Source: Octopus sinensis
Lineage: Eukaryota
Reading direction: 5' to 3'
DNA: 43,273 bases
Assembly (NCBI RefSeq): GCF_006345805.1
Contig: NW_021834976.1
Coordinates: 1-43,273 of the forward strand
The notes under the pieces were generated by a model. The model searched no databases. It saw only the letters and a list, made by a program, of their open reading frames with translations, and was not told the DNA's origin. The position numbers were made by a program, and so were the translations under genes. Below, in pieces: positions 1-10,427 of this stretch. How positions within the stretch are numbered: the first letter of the stretch is position 1; every line of letters starts with the position of its first letter.

Positions 1-221
1 ATTCATTTCAAATTTTGGCACAAGGCCAGCAGTATTCAATTGGTATTTATTTTATGCCAACGACTCTGCCATCTCGACACCTTATCTCATTCTTAGAACT
101 GAAAGTGGGAAACATCTGTCCTATTGCTGGGAAATTAAGTTACCCCCCCCCAAATTGTTTTCCTTCCACATTTGCCCACCCACCCTCATCTACAAGTTCT
201 AAAGTGTAATGAATTCATACA

Positions 222-442
222 TTTTACTTGTTTCAGTCATTATACTGCGGCCATGCTGGGGCACCGCCTTGAATTTTTTTAGTCGAATCCCAGTACATTT
301 TTTTTAAAGCCTGATACTTATACTATCAGTTCATTTTGCTGAACTGCTAAGTTACAGGAACGTAAACGCACCAACACTAGCTGTGAAGCGGTGGTGGACA
401 CACACACACACACATTATCTATGTTCTCTCTCTCTCTCTCTT

Positions 443-495
<53 letters not shown>

Positions 496-651
496 ATATA
501 TATGTATATGTATAATAATTATATATAGATATTATTATATATATAATAATATATATATAATATATTATTTAGATAGAAGGAGCTTCTACAGGACTAGAAC
601 TGTTTCATTCAAGAGAAATCTTCGGTTAACCCCGAATCAACCGGGACCTAC

Positions 652-701
<50 letters not shown>

Positions 702-899
702 ATAGATATATATATATATATATTATATATATATATATATATATACACGACATGCTTCTTTCAATTCCGTCTACCAAATCCATTTATAAAGTTTTGGACA
801 GCTTGAGGCTATAGTAGAAGACAAGGTGCTTCACAGTAGGATTGAACTCAGAACGATGCGGTTGGGAAGCAAGCTTCTAACCCCACAGCCACGCCTGCG
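222..899 (-). mobile_element. tRNA-derived SINE family 1 copy (diverged), with an HHR-bearing fragment in its central (TA)n
   Basis: Reverse complement of the head (gcaggcgtggctgtgg...) and tail (...gactgaaacaagtaaaa) seen in the other copies. Confidence 0.85.
582..625 (-). ncRNA. Degenerate type I hammerhead ribozyme motif
   Basis: Minus strand CCGAAGA-U-UUC(ucuu)GAA-U-GAAACAG...CUGUA-gaagc; helix III ACAG/CUGU; stem I partner missing. Confidence 0.5.
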
Positions 900-1031
900 G
901 TAATTGCGTAATAAATTTGTTTGGGGTTTTGCTTTAATGCATCGAGCAACAGTCAAAGAACAGAGCCAACGTTTGCTCTGCGAGTCTTAAAAGGCAACTA
1001 AAAGAAGTTGTGCTAGGACTTGTACTCCAGT

Positions 1032-1219
1032 CATAAAACCCTCACCAGCAACGACTACCCCTACAAATAGACCCAAGGGTTTGGAGGGTTGTGGCCTGTG
1101 TGGTGCAAAGACGTCATCCACCAGGCATAAAACCCTCACCAGCAACGACTACCCCTACAAATAGAGCCAAGGGTTTGGAGGGTTGTGGCCTGTGTGGTGC
1201 AAAGACGTCATCCACCAGG
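1032..1219. repeat. 94-bp direct tandem duplication
   Basis: 1032-1125 and 1126-1219 are nearly identical (one substitution seen). Confidence 0.95.
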
Positions 1220-1334
1220 AACTGTAAGGAATCACCAACAAATGCTAGATGCAGCGATTTGCTGTCATAGCGCATGCTCCTATACTACCGCTTCTTCTTC
1301 TTCTACCGCTGCTGCTGCTGCTGCTACTACTACA

Positions 1335-1369
<35 letters not shown>

Positions 1370-1473
1370 CCTTAATGAAAGTCCGACATCTTCACTCTAA
1401 AGTTCCTATTGTCATAATTTCATAGTGCGGAATACATTGACGGTATCTTGAGTTTCAGATTCCTATTTGGATA

Positions 1474-1866
1474 GGCGCTGGAGTGGCTGTGTGGTAAGTA
1501 GCTTGTCTACCAACCACATGGTTCCGGGTTCAGTCTCACTGCGTGGCACCTTGGGCAAGTGTCTTCTGCTATAGCCTCGGGCTGACCAAAGCCTTGTGAG
1601 TGGATTTGGTAGACGGAAACTGAAAGAAGCCCGTCGTATATATGTATATATATATATGCGTGTGTGTGTTTGTGTGTCTCTGTTTGTCCCCTAGTGTTTA
1701 TGTCCCCGTTACTTAGCGGTTCGGCAAAAGAGACCGATAGAATAAGTACTGGGCTTACAAAAGAATAAGTTCCGGGGTCGAGTTGCTCGATTAAAGGCGG
1801 TGCTCCAGCATGGCCGCAGTCAAAATGACTGAAACAAGTGAAAGAGTGAAAGAGTGAAAAGAGAGT
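1474..1866 (+). mobile_element. SINE family 1, full length
   Basis: tRNA-like head with box A/B-like motifs (tggctgtgtgg; ggttcagtc), ccttgggcaagtgtc CORE-like motif, TA/TG tract, AAAGAGT tail. Confidence 0.92.
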
Positions 1867-1898
1867 TCTTTAATGTCATTTCAATAGCAAAATAGATA

Positions 1899-1931
<33 letters not shown>

Positions 1932-2065
1932 CTATGTAGCTAAATTATAATTTCGTAGTTAGTAGCGACTTATCGTTACATTTTGGTCAAGTAAATTCCT
2001 GCCGTTCAGTCTTGAAGCCAGAAATTCCTCCGACACCGACAACAAAAACTTTCAAATACTCTCTC

Positions 2066-2292
2066 TCTCTTTTACTCTTTTACTCTTTTACTTGTTTCAG
2101 TCATTTGACTGCGGCCATGCTGGAGCACCGCCTTTTAGTCGAGCAAATCGACCCCGGGACTTATTCTTTGTAAGACCAGTACTTATTCTATCGGTCTCTT
2201 TTTGCCGAACCGCTAAGTGACGGGGACGTAAACACACCAGCATCGGTTGTCAAGCAATGCTAGGGGGACAAACACAGAAACACAAAAAACAT

Positions 2293-2325
<33 letters not shown>

Positions 2326-2495
2326 ATACATATATACGACAGGCTTCTTTCAGTTTCCGTCTACCAAATCCACTGACAAGGCATTGGTCGGCCCGGGGCT
2401 ATAGCAGAAGACACTTGCCCAAGATGTCACGCAGTGGGACTGAACCCACAACCATGTGGTTGGTAGCAAGCTACTTACCACACAGCCACTCCTGC
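2066..2495 (-). mobile_element. SINE family 1, full length
   Basis: Reverse complement of the 1474-1866 element. Confidence 0.92.
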
Positions 2496-2924
2496 TCTTC
2501 AGTAAAAAAAAAACTTTAAAAAAAAAAAACTGTTTGGTCCCAGACGTTCTTGTTGGCTGTATTGCAGATCTGTTCAAGATCCCTCCTCCACAGCACTGTC
2601 ATTACGGAAGCTAATCCATCATTGAGGCAAGGGGAATAAACGTTAGATCATCCCATTAGACAGGTCAATGTGCTGAATAAAGTTTGGATGCGCCATCTTG
2701 TGTTTGTCCATTACAGAAAGCCCAGTTATTGTTATCAACACCACTAAACTAACAGTCAATATCGCAATCTCTTTGTTCTCTTTTTATCATGGATCCGGCA
2801 AATAGTATCGATCGTCTGCTGTTGTTCAATCAGTCACGTAGTGCACTTGAACCAACAGAATACATTCAATATGGTGCACACTGTTTGTCTGCGTCACTTA
2901 AACGACTATCAAAGTGTGTGTGTT

Positions 2925-3690
2925 GGCGCAGGCATGGCTGTGTGGTAAGAAGCTTACCTCCCAACCACATGGCTCCGGGTTCAGTCCCACTGCGTGGCAT
3001 CTTGGGCAAGTGTCCTCTGCTATAGCCTTGGGACGACCGGAGCCTTGTTAGTGGATTTGGTAGACGGAAACCGAAAGAAGCCTGTCGTGTATATATATGT
3101 ATTTGTGTCTGTGTTTGTCCCCCCCCCCCGCGCCCATCGCTTGACAACTGATGTTGGTGGGTTTACGTCCCCGTAACTTAGCGGTTCGGCAAAAGAAACC
3201 GATAGAATAAGTACTAGGCTTACAAAGTGTTCGACTAAAGGCGGTGCTCCAGCATGTCCGGAGTCAAATGACTGAAACAAGTAAAAGGCAGGAGTGGCTG
3301 TGTGGTAAGTAGCTTGTTTACCAACCACATGGTTCCGGGTTCAGTCCCACTGCGTGGCATCTTGGGCAAGTGTCTTCTACTATAGCCTCGGGCCGACCAA
3401 AGCCTTGTGAGTGGATTTGGTAGACGGAAACTGAAAGAAGCCCGTCGTATATATGTATATATATATATGCGTGTGTGTGTAGTGTGTCTGTGTTTGTCCC
3501 CCTAGCATTGCTTGACACCGATGCTGGTGTGTTTATGTCTCCGTTACTTAGCAGTTCGGCAAAAGAGACCGATAGAATAAGTACTGGGCTTACAAAAGAA
3601 TAAGTCCGGGGTCGAGTTGCTCGATTAAAGGCGGGTGCTCCGCATGGCCGCAGTCAATGACTGAAACAAGTAAAAGAGAAAAGAGAAAAA
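2925..3690 (+). mobile_element. Two head-to-tail SINE family 1 copies (2925-3286, 3287-3690)
   Basis: Two consecutive head-body-tail units. Confidence 0.9.
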
Positions 3691-3930
3691 GATATATATA
3701 TATATTATATATATATATATATATTGAAATGGATAAATGAATTATCTTGTTACGGATTATTCAAATGATAACCGATACCTGGGTAGCAAAAATCACAACA
3801 GAAAAATCACAGTTGAGGTTACGACCATGGGGTCTCAAAACCGTGTCTTAGTGCGGAAAATTGAAGTTTTATGTATTTAGTGTAGGAAGAAATGGAGCTG
3901 AACGAAGATTTAACAAAATTCCTTTTTATT

Positions 3931-4016
3931 ATTTTCTACATATGTTTCAAAGGCTGCAAAGTCCCTAATTCCGATTGAATAAGGAGCCCATTTTGCACCT
4001 TTCTCTTCAGGAAAAT
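3931..4016 (-). ncRNA. Type I hammerhead ribozyme (left arm)
   Basis: AUUUUC-CUGAAGA-G-AAAGGUGCAAA..UUUGCAGCCUUU-GAAAC-AUAU-GUA/GAAAAU. Confidence 0.85.
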
Positions 4017-4155
4017 CCAGGAACTTAATTCTCCAACAAAATGCACAGCAAGCTTTACGACAAACGCTCGCGAGGAGCCCATGTGATAAATGGGCTCCTC
4101 GCGAGCGTTTGTCGTAAAGCTTGCTGTGCATTTTGTCGGAGAATTAAGTTCCTGG

Positions 4156-4240
4156 ATTTTCCTGAAGAGAAGGCTGCAAAATGGTCTCCTTATTCAATCC
4201 GAATTAGGACTTTGCAGCCTTTGAAACATATGTAGAAAAT
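4156..4240 (+). ncRNA. Type I hammerhead ribozyme (right arm), predicted cleavage after 4234
   Basis: 6-bp stem I AUUUUC/GAAAAU, CUGAAGA core, 12-bp stem II, GAAAC, palindromic helix III ACAUAUGU, GUA triplet. Confidence 0.9.
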
Positions 4241-4385
4241 AATAAAAGGAATTTTGTTAAATCTTCGTTCAGCTCCATTTCTTCCTACACTAAATATAAT
4301 ATATATATAATATATATTATATATATATATATTATAATATATATATATATATATTAATATTATAATATATATATATATATATATA

Positions 4386-4588
4386 CTAAGCAATAAAGGG
4401 TTTAGCACGAATTGCCTTACCACATACCGAATTTAGAAATAGCAGTCAAAGAGTTATAGCTATTTCTTCTACTAAAAAGGGAGATCTCAGTAAAAACAGC
4501 AATTGGAAGGCAGACACAAACAGGTAAGAGAGAATGAATTGACGGCAATCTATCATACAATTTTAAGTTATCTACGGACGTACGTTTA
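4386..4588 (-). mobile_element. pLTR-like fragment beginning at a half hammerhead (AAAC-GUAC-GUC); related to the 13-kb element
   Basis: Shares the ccacatac(c/t)gaattt..agaaatagcag motif with 13047-13090; palindrome ACGTACGT at 4578-4585; (TA)n on both sides. Confidence 0.6.
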
Positions 4589-4682
4589 TATATATATATT
4601 ATATATATATACACACACACTTTGTGTATTTTATCATTTCACTTAGGCATGGCAATATTAATGACCTAGTGTTAGAACTCAA

Positions 4683-4930
4683 TACCGTAGTACCTCGTTT
4701 TACGAGAGCTCGGGTTTACGAGTCTTATTGCATAATAATTATAAAAAGGTTAAACGGCCATTTCATGTGTGTGGCAATGTCACAACATGTGGCAACACTG
4801 GTTCTAATGCGACGGAGTAAAATGACTGCATGAAATTTCATTGCTACTATGGGAAATTATTGCTTTGCTTTATGAGTTCTCACTTTACGAGCGACCTCCG
4901 GGGAGATCGTATATCGGGGCATAATTGTAT
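4683..4930. mobile_element. Possible pogo/Tigger-type MITE with degraded TIRs
   Basis: TA-ccgtagtacctcgttttacga start, and a degenerate inverted end tcgtatatcggggcataattg-TA. Confidence 0.45.
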
Positions 4931-4977
4931 ACATATGGTTCAGAACAGGGTCAGCTGAGTACAGAGCAGTAATCGAA

Positions 4978-5128
4978 AATTAAAATGACAAGGGAGTAAG
5001 AAATTATGTTGTGAACTTCATTAGCTTACAGTTGTTTCTGCAATAAAGTGCAATGCACTCTTGAGTGCTTGTGTATCACTTTATAGCTTCATCACGACAT
5101 AATTTCTTATCGCCTTGTCATTTTAATT
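4978..5128 (-). mobile_element. 151-bp fold-back (37-bp inverted arms) enclosing a broken hammerhead
   Basis: Arms aattaaaatgacaagg..tgtga; minus strand gUGAUGA-long stem II-GAAAC-AACU-GUA at 5027-5095. Confidence 0.65.
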
Positions 5129-5744
5129 GTGTATGTATTTCATTGTGTCAGTTGGTGTGTCTTAGTTGTAAAAATATCATCGACATAACAGAAACAGTGT
5201 GGATGGTTTTTCCATTCGGGTATCGTGCTGATTAAATGACACGACTGTGAATCGATTTTATGAGAAATGCAAAATAAAGGAAAAAGATAATAAACAATGG
5301 AAAAAGAGAGAAAAGTGGTCTCATTTGAAAAATATTGTACGTGCCACTAAAAAGGAAAGATAGTTTTGAAATCAGCATCAAAAACATTTTCTAGTGCAAG
5401 AAAAATAATCTCCGATTGAAATTCTATGTTGACCAATGTTAAAAATGTTGACTGTCGATGAAATGGCGTCTAAGAGAGAGCTGTTGTCGGTTAAATTCAT
5501 CGAAAAGCAGCGTCAGTTCTTAAAAGGCGACATTTCAAAACAAACGAGTGATGTTTTCTCAGCCAGTTGTAGGAAATATAAACACGGTTTTAAGAGGGAT
5601 AAAACAAAACATTGAACGCGGAAGAGAGCGTGAAAAGTGACAGCTTGTCGTCTTGCTCGCTATGACTGGTTGAAAGCAGACGAATGATATCTAATGACGT
5701 CATAACAAAAGGCCTATAGAGACGCTTATAAATAAAGAACGGGT

Positions 5745-5907
5745 ATGTTTGTATGTATGTATGTATGTTAGTATGTATGTATATATATATATAATAAAAA
5801 CTTACTTGGAGAAATAAGAAAGTAACGAGAGGCGTTCAATCATATAATAACAATTTAATAAATAAAACATATGCATACATACATACATACATACATACAT
5901 ACATACA

Positions 5908-5940
<33 letters not shown>

Positions 5941-5967
5941 GTACATACCTACATCTATATGTATATA
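5745..5967 (-). repeat. Inverted copy of 7127-7315 (3' part of the pLTR-like element)
   Basis: aaacttacttggagaaataagaaagt...acatctatatgtatata is the reverse complement of 7127-7260. Confidence 0.9.
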
Positions 5968-6095
5968 GTGAGAACTCATAAAGCAAAGCAATAATTTCCC
6001 ATATATGCAGGCATATATGTATACACACACACACACACCACACACACACACCACACACACATTTATATGGGTATGTGTGTATGTTTGACATTTTA

Positions 6096-6364
6096 AGGCG
6101 TTTCCATTATGTTGTCCAACCCCTGTATATACACAGAAATTAATTTTAATATGGGGTATGACCGCCTTTTGGCAGTAATTACAGCTTGAATTCTACGAGG
6201 TATGGACTCGTACAAAGTTTGGATTGTTCCCAGTTCTTGTAGTGATGATGGTGGAGGATATCAAATTCTTATTTGTTTTTCTAAAATGCACCCTAAATGT
6301 TCAATAATATTGAGATCTAGGGCTGTGATGGCCAGATAAGATGTTCAACGTCACTAGAATGTTC
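6096..6364 (-). mobile_element. Tc1/mariner remnant: TIR end and C-terminal transposase fragment
   Basis: gtttccattatgttgtccaacccctg-TA; minus-strand translation EHLIWPSQ/DLNIIEHL...YPPPSSLQEL...LYESIPRRIQAVITAK with frameshift and stop. Confidence 0.8.
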
Positions 6365-6404
6365 ATACACACATACATATACACACGTATATAAACATAC
6401 ACAA

Positions 6405-6710
6405 CTGGCTCTCTGTCGGTTGCGATGAGTGTTTCCAGTTGACCCGATCGACAGAGCAGACTGTTTTTATGAGGTCAATGTGTATGTAGCTGAGCAAAGG
6501 TACTCTTAACGTGGTTCTCGGGGAGATTCAGCGAGACGCAGAATGGACCAAAACCGGCCCTTTGAGATACAGGCACAACTCATGTTTGATAGACGAGAGG
6601 ACTGGAGCAACGTGAAATAAAGTGTCTTGCTGAAGCACTCAATGCATACCCTGGAAACGAACTCGTGACCTTTAGGTAAATACCTTACCCGCTAAGCTAT
6701 GCATCTTCAC
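6405..6710 (-). mobile_element. SINE family 3, diverged
   Basis: tRNA-like head, agcaagacactttatttcacgttgctccag motif, tail homologous to 32134-32300. Confidence 0.7.
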
Positions 6711-6719
6711 GAATATGCA

Positions 6720-7260
6720 ATCCAACGAATATTTCAACCGTCTAGTCTTAAAAAAAGCCCTAATTGTTGGTTTCCTTGTCCTGTTTTATTCTTTATGTGT
6801 ACTGTTTTTTTCTTCATTTGTATTGCTTTTACGTCCTGTTCTTGTCACTTTTTTTTTCTTTTTTTACCCCTCTGCAAAAGAATTTTTATTTAATTCATTT
6901 TACAGGAAGGATTGCTTCGGCCGGATCGTGTTCTGCCTTTACCTTCGAAACACGCATTGAGTCGAACCAGGGGCAGCTGATGAAGGGGAATATTCCTTGT
7001 ATTGTTTGTCTTGTACTCTGTTTTTTCGTTGTTAAAAAAAGTCCGTTTCCTTGTTTGATTTTATGTTTTCGTTTCTCGTTGTGTTCTATGTTTATTTGTG
7101 GTGTCCTGTACTCATATATGCATGTATATATACATATAGATGTAGGTATGTACATATATGTATGTATGTATGTATGCATATGTTTTATTTATTAAATTGT
7201 TATTATATGATTGAACGCCTCGCGTCACTTTCTTATTTCTCCAAGTAAGTTTTTATTATA
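6720..7260 (+). mobile_element. pLTR-like repeat carrying a permuted hammerhead
   Basis: U-rich repeat with HHR core motifs at 6927-6990; its 3' part is duplicated in inverted orientation at 5745-5967. Confidence 0.55.
6927..6990 (+). ncRNA. Candidate non-circularly permuted hammerhead ribozyme
   Basis: CGUGU-U/CUGCC (6927-6937), CUUC-GAAACACG (6943-6954), GGCAG-CUGAUGA-A-GGGG (6972-6988): 5-bp stem III and 5-bp stem I in exact register. Confidence 0.65.
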
Positions 7261-7584
7261 TACATACGCACATACATACATACATACATACATACTACAT
7301 ACATACATACATACATTCACACACACATATATAAACATACTCACACACATACATACATACATACATACATACATACATACATACATACATACATGTATGT
7401 ATATATCGGTGTTTGTGTTTGTCCTTCACCATTGCTTGACAATCGGTGGTGGTATGTCTATGTCTTCGTAATAAGGTACTGAGGTCGTTTCAAGGCGGCG
7501 CCCCAACATGGCCGCAGTCTAATGATTAAAACAAAAGATACAAGATAGTATATACGTATATATTGTGTGTGTGTATGTAACATA

Positions 7585-8089
7585 TCTATATATATAAAAC
7601 TGTAGTTGTGTGAGTGTCTGTCCCCTTCGATTTAGATTTAGATTCCTAACTACTCCCACATTTTGCGGTGCAGTTTAACCAAATTCGGGTATCGTATAGT
7701 CGTGATTCATATCGAGCCCGTCTGAGTATTAGCGCGCGTCTACGATGAGTCTACGATTTTAAAAATAATTTAACATAATTTTTTATTCCATTTTTCGTGT
7801 GTCGATGGCGGCGGAGTTGGCGTCCATGGTCACACCTGCACCTGTTTGCTTCTCCCCTTCTTCCCTCCCTCGTGAAGCTGTGGGGAAGGGAGTGTAAGGA
7901 AATCAACGTCGTAAAGCGTTGTAAAGGAGACCAGCGTTCTTTTAGAACAACGACTTCATGGCTTGAAGACACCAAAACAGAAATGGCTAAGAAAGCCCGA
8001 ATTGGCATCTATAAGGGAAGTAACTCTCTAAAAATGTTTATATAGTTATTTCCCTTACAAACCCGAGCAACGCCGGGCGATACTGCTAG
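7585..8089 (+). mobile_element. Non-autonomous Helitron
   Basis: 5' TC, 3' hairpin cccgagcaacgccggg then CTAG, inserted between A and T without TSD; second copy at 11503. Confidence 0.88.
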
Positions 8090-8090
8090 T

Positions 8091-8698
8091 CTATAATACA
8101 ACCTGAACAAGTTATGTGAACTCTTCTCCTTAATCTGTGCGTCAGGGTCAGTCTCACAGGAATTTAAAGACGCTTCTGTTGTCTATTTTTATAAGCACAA
8201 AGGCAACAAATGTAAATGTGACAACCATAGAGGTATCTCCCTTTTGTGTGTTCCTGGGAAGATCCTTGGAAGGGTCTTCTTAAATAGACTAAATGATGCC
8301 CTTACCAGGTTAGTGTTGCTTGAATATCAGTGTGGATTTCGGGCTGGATATGATTTTTAGCCTAAGGTAGCTACAGGAAAAGGAGCGTGAGCACAACCGA
8401 GACCTTTTTGACATCTAAAGCTTTCGCCACCGTATCTAGGGATGCCCCTTTGGGTTGTCCTTAGAAATCTAGGTATTCCCGAAAACTCTTTACTTGTTTC
8501 AGTTATTTGAGTGCGGCCATGCTGGAGCAACACCTTTAGTCGAGCAAATCGACCCCGGGACTTATTCTTTGTAAGCCCAGTACTTATTCTATCGGTCTCT
8601 TTTTCCGAACCGCTAAGTGACGGGGACGTAAACACACCAGCATCGGTTGTCAAGCAATGCTAGGGGGACAAACACAGACACACAAACATATACACACA

Positions 8699-8731
<33 letters not shown>

Positions 8732-10245
8732 GACAGGCTTCTTTCAGTTTCCGTCTCCCAAATCCACTCACAAGGCTTTGGTCGGCCCGGGGCTATAGCA
8801 GAAGACACTTGCCCAAGATGCCACGCAGTGGGACTGAACCCGGAACCATGTGGTTGGTTAGCAAGCTACTTACCACACAGCCACTCCAATGTCATAATTC
8901 CTTTCCATCAAGGGAAGACGTCTTCTGTCAGATCTAGCGGGGACGTGTCCGATTCAGTCACAGTCTCAAATGGGACAAAACAAGGCTGTGTTCTTGCACT
9001 GCTCTTATTTGCTTTGTATTTCTCCGTCATGTTGGAAACGGTGTTAAAGAAGGAGTCAAGTCTGAGTATCGAACTGGTGGTGGCTTGTTCAACCAACAGC
9101 GCTTCAAAGCAAGAACTGAGACTTTGGTGCAAACAGTTCGAGATTTTTTCTTCGCAGACGATTGTGCACTTGTAGCACACACACTCTTGAGGACATGCAA
9201 TGGATTCTAAAGAACTTTTCTTCGCGTGCAGCGAAGGCTTTTGGTCTGACCATCAGCATAAAAAAAAACTGAGCTTGTCCATCCGTCCATTCGTGACCAT
9301 CTCCCCGCTGTTGTCCCTACTGTAAATGTTGATGGGAAAGTATTAACTGATTTCTCCTTCAATTATCTTGGTCCCATTGTGTCCAATTATGCGAAGATGG
9401 ATAAAGAAATCGAATCCAGAATCGGGAAGGCTATCTCTGCTTTCGGTAAGCTTTATCACAGGTTATGGAACAGTTACAGTGTAACGCTGAAGGTGAAAGT
9501 TAATGTCGGTCTTGACAACATTGCTTTATGGTACTGAATCTTGGACTTTGTACCAAAAGCGCATCAACCAGCTTGACGCTTTTCATATGCAGCGATTGCC
9601 TACTATTCTCCAACATCAAACCGAGTGACCATATTCATAACGGTGAGGTACTGACAAAATACATAATATCAAGTATTGAAGCGATCCTCATCAAAATACA
9701 GCTTAGATGGTTAGGTCATCTCCCATGTATGAGTGATGTGGGAATTCCAACGCAACTTCTCTCTGGCCAATTCCCAACAGGTCAGCTGGAATGCCACTCT
9801 TGTGCTTCAGGGACAAACTAAAAGACAATCTGAAGCAATGCAACACTCCCTTTTCTTCCTGGGTAATCAAATCATCAGATTGCAGGACTTGGTGCCAGTC
9901 CTGCTTTGCCTCAGTTTAAAGACTCCACCACTGGGACCAATTTTGTTCAAGCATGAAGACAGACTGGCAAAATGCCGCTCCTCTAAATGGGAACCTTACC
10001 TGCCATTGTAGTTTTGTACCACGAAGCAAAGCAGGTCTTGCCATCCACTCAAGAAGACACATGGTGAATGATCAACAAGCACTTGAGCAAACTGAGTCCT
10101 CAACTTGTTCCATTTGCTGAAAGGTTTGCAAGGCACCAGCAGGCCTCAAGTGACACATTTCGTGTCTACAGAACATGTTTACCGCCTTATTTTACCGAAC
10201 TCTCACTTGTCTTTCATGACAAGAGAATCCATCATATTATGTAAG
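8091..10245 (+). pseudogene. Decayed RTE-clade LINE ORF (RT and C-terminus), interrupted by a SINE at 8486-8887
   Basis: NHRGISLL, YQCGFRAG, SKAF, GTKQGCVLA, IQLRWLGH motifs; many stops and frameshifts. Confidence 0.9.
8486..8887 (-). mobile_element. SINE family 1 inserted in the RTE
   Basis: Reverse complement of the family consensus; RT reading resumes on the other side. Confidence 0.92.
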
Positions 10246-10427
10246 ACAAGCATCACTTGGCAACTGGTGATGGTTTATTTACATCCTTGTAACTTGGCAC
10301 TTCGATAGAATAAGGTTTAAAAAATGTAAAAAATGATTCTTTCGATTGAAAACAATTCATAGCGGTGCCCCAGCATGGCCAGTCTAATGAGTGAAACAAG
10401 ATAAAGAGGAAAGAGAAACATATGAGA

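Larger units (their letters stand above)
3874..4296. mobile_element. About 420-bp palindrome (209-bp arms, 7-nt loop at 4083-4089) of an HHR-containing Penelope-like pLTR
   Basis: Arms are near-perfect reverse complements; each arm carries a hammerhead pointing outward. Confidence 0.9.

Noticed and set aside
6904-6981. Possible terminal exon (ttttacag, then EGLLRPDRVLPLPSKHALSRTRGS*)
   Set aside because: It overlaps exactly the HHR motif inside a repeat with an inverted duplicate, and I recognise no protein or other exons. Kept only as a weak alternative.
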